Positions 34,501 to 46,500 of a DNA stretch of 64,000 nucleotides are shown here, one piece after another. The notes below the pieces were generated by a model. That model was given only the letters and a program-made list of their open reading frames with translations, was not told where the DNA came from and did no database searches. The position numbers and the translations under genes were made by a program. Source of the DNA: Amoebophrya sp. A120 (Eukaryota; Protista; Dinoflagellata); NCBI GenBank assembly GCA_905178155.1, contig CAJINV010000002.1, forward strand, positions 1,504,677 through 1,568,676. Direction: 5' to 3'. Each line of letters opens with the position of its first letter. Within the stretch, counting starts at the first letter, position 1.

Positions 34501-37500
34501 ACATTGTCCCTTAAACCAGGATTTCCATCCGGTGTGAAATCAGGCAAGGACTCCGGAATCAAGTTAACACACGGCGGCCACGCCTCGTCTGGTTCCCATT
34601 CATCATTTTTTCTTCGGACAATATCCGCGACGAAATCCACGTCGTTCTGGAGGGTATTGTCGAGGAAGGGAAACCCTGCTCGGCAGTCGACAGGAGCAGG
34701 TTGAGAGGAGCCGATCACTGGTAGAAACAGGTCTCGCATGACCGCCTCGTCCGCGCGAAGGGTGAAAGTGGCGAGACGGAGCAGGTCTACGTTCGCAAAG
34801 GATGCAGCTGCGCCGTTTTGGTAATGGACAAACAACTTCAGCAACTCTTGATCCGTCCGGAGGTCTTTGGACAGAACCGCGTAATTTTCTGCCGTTGCCA
34901 CTTTCTCTTCGTATTCCAGAACGTAGTTCTTCACCAGGTCCAGGTCGGTCCGAAAATTGACGGACAAATCTTGCAGTTGACACAAGACACCCCCAGAAGT
35001 AGCGAGTTCTTGGAGAAACTGGTACTCAAGGTCAGGGGTGGGAAATAGCTTATCACCGGCGATCAAGGGCAAAATCTCGCAACTGTCTCCCGCCTGCAAT
35101 CCAGGCATTATCCTGAGTAAAAACGTCCCCATACCAGAGTCAAGATGGGGAATCGGCTAGACAAGTCCACGAGTTTCGGCTGTTTTGCATGACAAATTTG
35201 GAGTCGCAGTGTAGTGCTGTTTGAGGTAGTTCAGAAGCATCACAGATCTAGTACATCATGCTGATTGGCGCATTACAAATTCCAAAACACGACCAGAAAA
35301 TGCTTCTCATGTGTCTCCGCATGACAAACATTTTGAGCATGCAGATTTGCATGACAACTCTGGGGTGGGGACGTTTTTACACAAGATAGGCATGATCCAT
35401 TCCTCACTATTCGCCACAACTTCGACTTCGGTAGCTGACATCCGGGAGTACGCGCAGAGAAATAACGAAAGCACCCGGGCGGGCTTGTTCAAAGAAGTAG
35501 TTGCACTGGAGGAAATCCTTGTCAACCCGGCGTCCAAAACGCTCAGCAGATCATCTTCTTCCTCTGCGCTGATTATCGTTGCGCAGCTGTGGTCCATTTT
35601 GTCCACCACAACTTCTTGACAGACCCCTCCTGTTCTTCCGCTCATCACGCTGTCGGACACCGCGAATGCATCGCCGTAGAACCCGGAGATGAAAAAATCG
35701 TCGCTCCAGTTCTGGTCGTAAAACCGCCGGTCCACTTTGCTGCAGATCTCGACGAGCTTCCGGCCGAATAAAGCGCAGTTGTGGTTTTCCGCGTGCGCGG
35801 ACTGTGGTAGGGTCGGATGCGGTTCGGCGGTGCCGGCCACAACTTGGGAAGAAGAAAGAGAAGATGAACTTCTGTCATCCGCTGCTGCTGAAACTAAAGT
35901 AGAACTCGTCGGGAACCTCGGGTTTGTTCCCTTCCCATTCAGAAACTGGTCGCCACAATGGTCTAGGAGTTGAAACACCGAGGTTAAAAGCTGTGCGTCA
36001 TTTGGTTGCGCGGACGAGTCAGCAATATTAGCCCGTTCCTCCGCTTTTTCGATGTCGAAAAAACACTCACCCGAGTGCAGCTTGTTCAAAGAACCAGACG
36101 GGATTCTGGTTTCGTAAGTGCACACAGCGGTGTCGTAATTTGCGAGGAGTTTCGTCTTCTCCGGGGTGCAACTCTCCGCAGCGAACAGCCCGTTCCCATA
36201 GCACTGGAGATTGTAGAAGTTGAACACTGCAGACCGGACGGCAAGTTCTAGTTCCGATGCGTTTCCATCGAAGTCGCCATCCCCACCCCCGATCGGGTTC
36301 GCAGCAACACCGGTGCCGAAGACTTTTACGCCCAAAATCGCGAGTTCGCGGTAGGCGGGGCGGAGGGAGGTTTTTGATTTTGTAGCCTTTTGCAAGAAAG
36401 AACTTGCCGAAGAAGAGCCACTGCCTGACGTGATCCCCTCCTGCCGTAAGGGGAGTTGGACCACAACGAATTTCCCCGGAGCAGCCTTGCTGCAGTCAAT
36501 CACCATCTCACCCACGGTGAAAGCACCGCTAACATCTTCACCCGCCCCAGCGGCGGCCGAAACGCTGTCGAAGTCGTGGATCCGGTTGTGGATTGCAAAA
36601 ATGTCTGGGTCTGGAAGAATGCAGGAGTTTGCCATGCAGATTTTGCATGACCCATGAGGTCTGTGATGCATGCCCTAGCATCAGAGATTTTGCGAGGGCT
36701 TTCTGATGCTCATACCGCATGAGAAATGCCCTCTCCGCGTAGCACAAAATACACCTCTTTTGCTGTTCATGCAATACAGATTTTTTTGGAATCCAAATGC
36801 AGCATCACAAGTTGCATTCTTCCAGACCGAGACATATTTGCATTCGATACCGCTGGTAATTGTGCATTTTCCGTACCCTCGCGAGCCCATTCCCCTTGTC
36901 GAATTTGATAACTTCACAAAGTTCCCTGCCGCTGCCCGAGTTTTCATCCATAGCACTTGCACCAGTTACAACCTCTTCCGCTCTTGGCTTCTTACAGGGA
37001 GCTGCGAACTCGACCGTGTGATTCGTGACGAAAACTTCGATCCCCTCGTGCACGTTCGGGAAGTGAGCACCGGGAGGAAGCGTGTACCCGGTATTGCCTT
37101 CTTCCGTTTGTAAACAGTCAGGGAGAAGACAGGGGCTTTGTTCCCCGAACTTGGTTGTTATTCCCAGCTCCTGCTCTTCAGCAGAACTCTGCGACGTCCA
37201 GGGCCGGGCGAAGAAGAGTTGGCGGAGGTAGAAGTTCTCGACTGGGATTTGGATTCGCACGTTGGAAACATCAAACGCGTCGCTCTTTCCAGCTTTATCC
37301 CCGTCGTTCAAATCCAACTCCACGTACGCGCAGTGGTTTTTGTCGCTGTAGCTCGTGTAAACCCCAGATGGTGCGCCGTTTTGCTCATACGCGGCTATCT
37401 GCTGCCCGTTTAAAAGGTTTTCCGCCTTCAAATTTCCCTGACTCGGCGGGCTAGCGGCGATTGCTGTTTCTGGCGTCAAGTCTTTCAAAGGAGCGGACTC

Positions 37501-40500
37501 TGCTATTTCGTCGACGTGCTTGAAGTCGCATACTGCACTGCTTTCTCCTTTCATACAAACGCCAAACTTCGGTTTATCATATTCGTCCACGCACCTCTCC
37601 CCCTTCGCAGGCCGGTCTTGGCAGAACGCTATCCTGAGTAAAAAAGTACCCACACCAGAGTTGTAATGCAGATTTGCAAAGAGAGGAAGACTTGTAATGC
37701 GCATCCCCATGAGAGCCATTTCCAATCGTGTTTTGGAATTTGTGGTGCTGTGAACAGGATGAGCAGATGAATCTGTGATGCGGCTGCACTTGCTAACCTG
37801 CACTACACTGCATAGTGCAACTTGTCATGCGTGACCCACAAAACTGCTAGGCTTGTGTTGCAAAATCCCCATCCTGACTCTGGTGTGGGTACGTTTTTAC
37901 TCAGGATAAACGCTTGGCCGTCCTCTTTGGGTGCTGCCGGGACGGCGAGGACCTGCCCCGCTGGGATTTGCGCCTTCACGTCCACGCAAACCAACACGTG
38001 CACACACGACTCCCCGACATTGTCCGCGGCATCCGTGCCCCCACTCCGCCAATAATTCTCCCCGTGGACTAGGTGGTAGGTTATGCCCCCCTTGTAAAAG
38101 TAGTTGTCACGCGCGATCGAATCAGGTAAGTCCGCCGGAGTCGCCGTTCGCTCCAGCTGCAGGTCAATCGCGGACTGCCGCGGGAAATTCAAGTCTTTCG
38201 GGTTGTTCGGAAATTTGTCGTTGGCTTCCTTGTCGTAGGACGCATAGGCGTACATGTAGTTCTTCGCATCAGAAGAGGTGTCAGCACCTGGTGCACCGGC
38301 AGCGGTTTCTACTTTATACGGTAAGTTTTCCGCGTGTTCCATCCAATGGTAGCGAAATTCCCCTGCGTTTTGCATTTTAGCATTCTCATTACCCTCCGGA
38401 TATTCCCCACCAGTCACCCATTTTGTGTACACCGAATCCGCCCCGTCTTTGGTCCAGAACAGTTGAAAATCCGAGTCTGCTGCGGGGAAATAGGATCCTG
38501 CTGGCGCGGCGACGTACTCTTGTTGCGATGAAGTAGCTCCATCTTGATCATTTTCGCTGTCTGTCGCGAGGATCCACACATTCGCAGCCCCCTTCCTGGT
38601 TGCCCAGTTGTCACTGCGGCAGTCCTTTGTATTCTGGCCGCAGGACGTTTCGCCGTAGCTGTGGCGGAGGGTGATTTGATTCACCCGCATGGTGTTCTGC
38701 GCATTGTCTTTTCCCGCGGAGTTGCCGAAAGCGGATGGGAGTTTGAAGTTTCCCTCAACATTAACCACATAAAAATCATCACTCGCGGCCGCCGCCCCGC
38801 CAAAACAAACTTCCTTCTTCGTCGCCCGTTTCCCCTCCGCGTGCTTCGATTCAATGACTTTGTCAAACGGCCGCGACCCGAAGTAAGTCGTGAAGGTTTC
38901 CGGCTCGCCGGAAACCAGTAAAGGGATGATTTTTCGGCCAGAAACTGCTTGCCCCAAACACGGGTTTTTCTTCTCTTCTTCAGCGATGTTCTCATCCCCC
39001 TCCCCGGTCAAACGATGTAGATTCCGGTTCTCCTGCAACAAAGTGGTCAGCTCTTCGCCAAAATCATCCGGAAACCGGTCGAAGAGACAATCTTTCGCTA
39101 GCGCCTCCGCATTTCCGTCCGACCTTTTGATCACTTGATGATAACACCTCCCGTTCAAGGGAGACACCCCGGCAAAAGAGGACCCTGGCTCCTCACATTT
39201 TTTCCCCTTCTTCGCACAGAAAGCAGGGCCATCCGAAGGGTCCCCGAGATCGAGGACTTCACTTTTCAACCCGTAGTCCCCAGTAGCGGGGATGGAAACA
39301 AAGTTTTTCACCTGGTCCGCAACTGTAGTAGGGTGCGTGTTTGTTTCACCAGCAAAAACCACCTCCGCTGCGTCCCGCGGGCGGTCCAAATCCGTGAAAA
39401 TTTTGCACCCGATCCGCCGCGCGTTGTCGAGGTACCCCTCACCGGATTCCCACTTGGGATTGCCAGTAGAACCGGGATTCGACTTCGGCGAGGATTTTTC
39501 TTTCACGGCCTTCAGGAAATCTTGTAACTCTGGAGCAGCTGTACTCTTCTCCAATAATTCGTACTCACAGTATTCCTTGATTCGGTTGTAGGTCCAGTGG
39601 AGTTCCAAATGCTCGTACTTCTCATTATAATGCGTCGGGTTCGTGCGATCGGCCGAGCCGGTGAGTTTGTGGAAATTCTCGTAGAAATATGAGAGTGCAC
39701 AATCCCCCTTCCCCTCATAATTTGTAATGCAAAATACCAAATCCAAGTCCTACCTGTATGCACCTTGTCCATGCCAAATTCATTTGGAACCTCAAAGAGT
39801 TGTACTACAGATAACGTGTGCAACAGATTTGTCATGCGGCAGCCACATTTCTGTGGTTGCTTGTGTTGCTGCTTATCGACCATACAAATGAGAAGGAGGG
39901 GGAGTTGTGCACTCTCGTAAGGAAGTTGTAGATTTCGCCGCAATCGTCGGGACGCAGGCAGAATTGCTGTTCTTCAAAATCTCCGGGACAACAGCATCTA
40001 CTTCGCTTTGTTTGTTCTTGAACAGATCCGTCCACACGTCCATCGCTGAGTAACCTGCGCCGTCAGTCACTTCCGTACACACAATGCCCCTTTCGAACCA
40101 CATCAATTTGTGTCCGTGCAAATCCCGCCAACCCGCATCGTTCGGGAAAACCTGGGGGCGTGTACCAGTGGTTTCGCAAACGTTGTTCTCGCTGGAGCTG
40201 CTGGTGCCTCCTCCTGCTTCCTCCGAAGAAGTGGGCCATTGCGAACCCGGAGCGAGCCCCGTTTTCGAGCCGAGAGGGGTTTTTAAGAAAGCACACACCC
40301 CAGCGGTATACGCTTGAATCCGGAGCCGCAATTCCTCCGTCGACAGCCACCCGGGCAGAGCGCGGCAGGATATGACATGCTCAGACGTTACAATCCCAAG
40401 TGTTACAATACAGGACATGGAAATCGGTGATGCAAAAACCGCATCATCTAGCCAACTCCCGCAGGATTGCGCATGACAAGTTCCGGAGCAGTTCCAAAAC

Positions 40501-43500
40501 TAGCTAGAACCTGGCGCAACTTGTATTGCAGAAAGAAGAACGCTCTGCGACTCTGTCATGCTGCTGAGGCAAAACAAAGTCCACACTCTATTGCAACGTT
40601 TGAGATTGTGACGCCTGAGAAGGTCATACAGGAGGACTGGAGGATGTCGTAGGCAGAATTGATGGTTAATCCATCGAGGTTGGCGACATTCGGTTGACTG
40701 GATGAAAAGGGAAATTCTTCATCTTGCCGATCGAAACCCGGGCCAGCCGGACCGTTGTGAACCCCGGATTCGTACCAAACACCGCTTGAAGATGTTGGTG
40801 TACCACCAGCTTGGAAGATCGTCTTGTAGACCGAAGTCTGTTCTGAACCAGTACCTTCTTCCGACCAGTAACTCTGTGTCCGCAGGTAGTCCATCCGTTG
40901 ACACCAGTTCTGCGCTACCTCCGCGAGCGCGAGTTTCAAAGTGTCTACCGTTGGAACAATTGGATTGCTTTCTAGTACAAATCCTGTCGTCACGGCATCC
41001 CAACCCGAGCCGTACGAGGCGGTCAAGCAATCCGCCGTGCAAATCTGGTTCCCCAGGACGGTCGCCGTAAACCAATCGTCCCACAGCGCAGTACCTCCGA
41101 GTTGGTACGGATAGAAAACCTCATGAAGGTTTTTCTTGCTGCACGAATTCGCTGTTTCGGAGAAAGTCCCAGCGAGTAGTAACTGCTTCTTGATTCCCCG
41201 ACAGATCTGCGAGCTGTACTCCGAAAACGCGGTTTGCAGGTCGAGTGTTTGCAATCCGGCTAAATCGTCCTGCTCTCCGTTATTAGAAAAAACTTCGCTT
41301 GGCGAAAGCCGCAAATCAATCGAATTTCGAAACAAGTGCTCCCACGTCATGTCATTCGGCAAAACACGGCCGGTTCCCGAAACAAGCTCCGCAGGCGGCG
41401 GGATCTCGCCGATAGGCGGCGCTGTCGTGGCTGGCTCTTCGACGGGCGGCAGGTCAGCTGGGTCGACGAAAGCCTTCGGCATTTGCTCCGTCGGAAGGAG
41501 CGCAAAGGAAAAATGGTCTACTCCGTGGTTGTCCTCTTCAGTGCCACTGTAAACACTTTTGTCGGCGAAAGTTCCGTCCAGATTCCGTGGCGACCCGTCG
41601 TCCAAGTAGCGAAACAGCAAACACCCGGCTCTCCGCTGACGATGTCGATCTTGACGGAAAAACCTTTCCTCCCCCGTTTCGAAATCCATTGGAATGGACG
41701 AAGCGAATTGCTCGCCGAAATTGATGTCCTTAAGGAATCGGATTTGATCATCATTGACAAACACCGAGCCGCCGTTATTCTCGTATTCCTCGTTTTCGGG
41801 TTGTAGCGCGAGAACCAAATTGCAGTACTCATTCAACCGGTTGTAGACATGATGGAGTTCCCACAGATGTTTCTTTTCACTCAGTTTCCCGTCGTGCTTC
41901 TGGTTGTAGAAGGAGGACTCGTGGGTTAAATCACTTGGATCAATCAACGAGGTCGCGGGCACACAGTCAGGGCTGGAGGGAATGCCATAATTTGCCAAGA
42001 CAGCGGGAGTGACCGCCGGGGATGATCCTGCTGGTGTTCCCGCGTCCGCAGTATGGATTGCAAATATGTCTGGGTCTGGAAAAATGGAACTTGTAATGCT
42101 AGTCCTACACTCCTGTAAAATCTATGTTGCATGACTAACAAAAAAGACGCCCTCTTTGGTCATACAAAAGCGCAGTTTCTCATGCGGACTGAGCATGAGA
42201 GAGCGTTGTGCAAACTTGCCATGCTTGGCTGCATTGGGTAACATTTCAGTCAACCACAGTTCAGCATCACAAGCTTCCAGATCCAGACATTTTTGCATTT
42301 GATACGGAGCGGTTTTCAGCCCAATCGCGGTTTCCAACCTCGCCCTCGCGTTTTGGTGTGTATCGGACGAGCACAATTTCCCACTGGAAATCCAGCCGAG
42401 GTTTTTAGCCGCACTTGTCGTCTCGTCGCGGATATAATCCGTCGTTCGGTACGCGGTGTCTTTTGGGAAAAACCTAGGCCGGAGACCCGTTTCTTCGCAA
42501 GAAGTTTATCAAATGTAAAAATGTCTGGGTCTGGAAGAATGCAACTTGTGATGCTGCATTTGGATTCCAAAAAAATTTGTATTGCATGAGTACCAAAGGA
42601 AAGGCAATTTTTGCTACGCTGAGAAGGCATTTGTCATGCGGAATACGCATCAAGAAGCCCTCAAAAAATCTGTATTGCTAGGGGATGCATCACAGACATG
42701 ATGGCTCATGCAAAACGTGCATGACAAGTGTCAGAATCTTCCAGACCCAGACATTTTTGCATTTTTTGATAAAGTTTCTTGCAGCGCACAAACCCCGGTC
42801 AAATACGCCTGGATCCGCTGTTGTAATTCCGATACCGACAGCCACCCGGGAATCGCCTTGCAGCTGGTTTGCAGCGTTTGATAGACAATGGTAGGGTTGA
42901 AAAGAACCGGTGGATGCTGCTGTTGATCTCCTCCCTGGTTAGAAGTATCATCAACATCGAGTGGCACAAAGGGCTGCAGGTTTGCGAGCCGGTAAACACC
43001 CGTTTCGTAAGTTGAATCAACCGGGGGGATGCGGGACCTCGCGTTCAGGGCATCAGCAGGGAAAGAATCCGTGGTCACGCCTGAAGTACTATCAAAACCT
43101 CCATCGAAATATTGCGCCGGTGTGACCTCGCTGTCCCCCCCATTCTTCTTCCACCCGAACGCCCAGCTCGTTCTGCCGTAATCCTGCCGCACGCACCAAC
43201 TTTGGACCAAATTCGCCAGCGCAAATTCCACGTTCTCTCGCGGCGTCTGCGCGTCGTCCTCGACAACCGCTGACCAGGACGCGGCTGTGCAGCTCGCGGT
43301 GCACATTTGGAGGACATTTGATGCGGCCGAGGAGCCTGGTGGTCTCAAGCCTTGCGCCCAATCCGGCCAGGTGCTCAAAAGAGCCTCGTCAACGCCTTCC
43401 GCCGCCTCTTCCCACCCCCCGTTCCCGGCGATCCCGACTGGGTAAAAGAGCCGCGGTAAACGGGAATCGGTGCAGGTGGGGACAGAACTCATAGGATCTG

Positions 43501-46500
43501 GTGTACCGTCGGGGGGGAGATCGTGGATTAGGTTAGTGAATGCGATTCGGTTCAAGTTGATGGACTGACAGAGCGTATTCCCGTACTCTTTCACCATACC
43601 GGATAAATCCCTTACAGAGGTGAAATCTTGCAACTCCGGACTGACCGTTTGTCCGTATTCATCTTCCGCGCCAAAAATTTCGCGTGGCGAGCTCGCAATG
43701 CTTCCCGCCTGGTGGAACAGATTTTCCCAAGTCATTCTTCTCGGCAGTCCCGGAAGCTGCACACCGCCCTCGGTGGTGTCACCGTCACCACCAGAACCGG
43801 ACCCGGCAGTTGCGGCGAGCAGCTGTTCCTTCTGCACATACCCCTTCGGCTGATGCTGATCAACGTCGCTGCCGTGTAGATCCGCATCAGGCGTGTCTGT
43901 GAAAAGCAACATGACGCACCCAGCTCTGCGCTCCCGGTGCTCGGCGAACCGGAAGGCGAGGTTTGTATCCAGGGTTTCGCATCAAATGCAAAAATGTCTG
44001 GGTCTGGAAACTTGTGATGCTGGGTGGCGTATCATGATGAGGCCACAAGTGCTGGCTAAGGATGACAAGTTTCTGAGCTTCTATGTGTTGACTATTCTGC
44101 ATGACAGACTGCGTTTCTGCATGACAGAAAAATGGAGCGCTTGGGTAACGTGCATGACAGATTCAAGAGTCATGCCAGACAAGCATGACAGACATGCATT
44201 CTTCCAGACCCAGACATTTTTGCACTTGATATTTCGGTTCCGAAAACGATACGGGTCAGATACTGCAACCTCGCAATTTCATCTTCCAGTCCTCCTGGGT
44301 TGTTCACGCCGACAGCAGACGCTGTGTAAAAGTCCTCCGTTTCCGGAAAGGATAAAACCAGTTCGCAGTACTCCTGCAACCTTGTGTAGACGAAGTGGAG
44401 TTCGAATAAATGCATCTTCGGCGCCACGGCGCCCAGCCACGTGTTTGTGAACGCCTCCCGACCCTGGAAAGTTGGGAGGGAAATGGAGGGAACGCATTGG
44501 CTTATCTTCACAGTTGGTGTGCTAGCACTGTTATCGCCTTCCGAAGTGGTCTGCGTAGAAGTGATTCCTTTCAGAAACTCGACATCGGAATTTAAGAGTT
44601 CACTGCTCAGATAAGTTTCCGCATCACTTTCCGATCCCGCAAGTTTGCAAATCTCGCCCCCCGGGAACCACTGGAGGTCTTTTTCCGTCGCTCCATCCGC
44701 TGCTGGAACGCCGGATTTCCGACCAATATTTCCCGGAAACGCGGTAGGTCGTTTTTTGTCACTAGATTCGCACTCACTCTCACTTCTCACCCCGCAAACC
44801 CCGGCGAGGTAAGCGATAATCCGACGTTGGAGGTCAGTAACGGAGAGCCAGCCGGGAACGGCCTTGCACCCGGTTTGCATCGTGTCGTACATCAGAGTAT
44901 AGTCGAAGAGCCAGGCGTCATGGTCCTGGGTAGAGTAGGGAAGAAACGGATTCAAATACGCGTCGTTGAAAACCGCCGTTTCATACTCCGCATCTAAAGC
45001 CGGAATTTCCGACTTCGCTGTTTCATAAGCATCCGTCGGCATTTCGGAAGCATCAGCGGCCTCCCCCTTCCAGCCCCGAGCGTAGCTCGTCCTCCGGTAG
45101 TCCATTCGGACGCAGAAATTCTATTACAGTGAAAAATGCCCCCACCCCAGAACTTGGGAGCATTTGTATTGCAAACCTTTCCAAAAGAAACACTCGCCTT
45201 CTTGCATCTAGTAGCATCACACGTTTCCAACCGTCAACAGCAAAGATTTGTATTGCAAAAGAGCCCAGCAAGAGCGGCGCTTGTCATGCAAGCGATGCCA
45301 TATACGCCTAGACTCTGCAGCAGAAAGATTCATACTCCTTTCATGCATGACAAAAAGTTTTCATTTGGAAACTTCGCATCACAAATTCCTGCAAATTTGG
45401 GGGTGGGGGCATTTTTCACCTTGATAAATTCTGCACTAGATTCACCAGCGCCGCTTCTGTTGTTTTCCGCTGTGCGGCGTGGAACCGGTCGGAGGTGCCT
45501 GATGTTTTGAAAGTAGGTTCTGCACACCCGGGTTGGCAAATGGTGCCCTGGGAGAACCAGCTGTTGTACCCGGGGTCGATTTCAATCGTTTCCCCCTCGT
45601 CCCCGGCTAACTGATCCCAAAAATACCCCACCCCGGTCGGGTAAAACACCGGGCGAATCCCGATTTGGTCGCACTCGGGCCACGGGCGCCAGGATTCTAC
45701 GTGGGCGTTTTCGGGTAGGTGGTAATCGGAAGTAGTGTCGGATGCTGAAACGAGGATTTTGTTCTTCCCGATTTGCCGGCACACCGAGCGGCTGTACTCG
45801 TAGAAAACTGCTTGGATTTCCGCATTTTCGGTAAAATCAGAAGCCAACTCACTGCTCAACCCGGTTCCGGTGACGTAGTTTGCCGGGTTATCGCCAAAAA
45901 TTTGTTTTGGCGACTTCGTGATGTCGCTCGCTTGGGTAAACAAATGCTCCCACGTCATGCGCGAGGGTAGCGTCCCGTCGGAGGGGAATAGGGAGCCTGT
46001 ACTACCTCCAGAGCCAATGCCGTCGCCTCCGCACGGACAAATCTCCATGGTGCTCGGGAATTGGTTCCCACAAATCATCCCCGACGCGAGCATCCCCCTC
46101 GAAGGGAGAACGGTGGTGAGAATTTTCTTCTCCCGCAACGTGTTCTGGTCCTCGCAAACCATGGGATTGCACCCGACAAAACTTTCCGGAACGGCGACGT
46201 CCCCACCGAACGACGGCACTCCATCTACTGCATCGCTGAATTTCGGGATCAAGATTTTCAGCGGGTTCGGCAACTTCATACTGCCGGTTTTTGGATCGAT
46301 GAGGGCTGCGATCTTCGCGGTGTCTTCAATATCGGATTCTGTACCTGAAGTTCCAGCTGCTGCTGCACCCGCACTAGAATGATCTGGCCCGCCCTGACAC
46401 TCCCCCGTGAAGCGATTCACAGCGTTGTGCAACGTCGTCTTCGAACGGTTTTTGACGTAGCAGCGGCCGTGATGCGGCTGGGCCGAATCGACGGCATTGT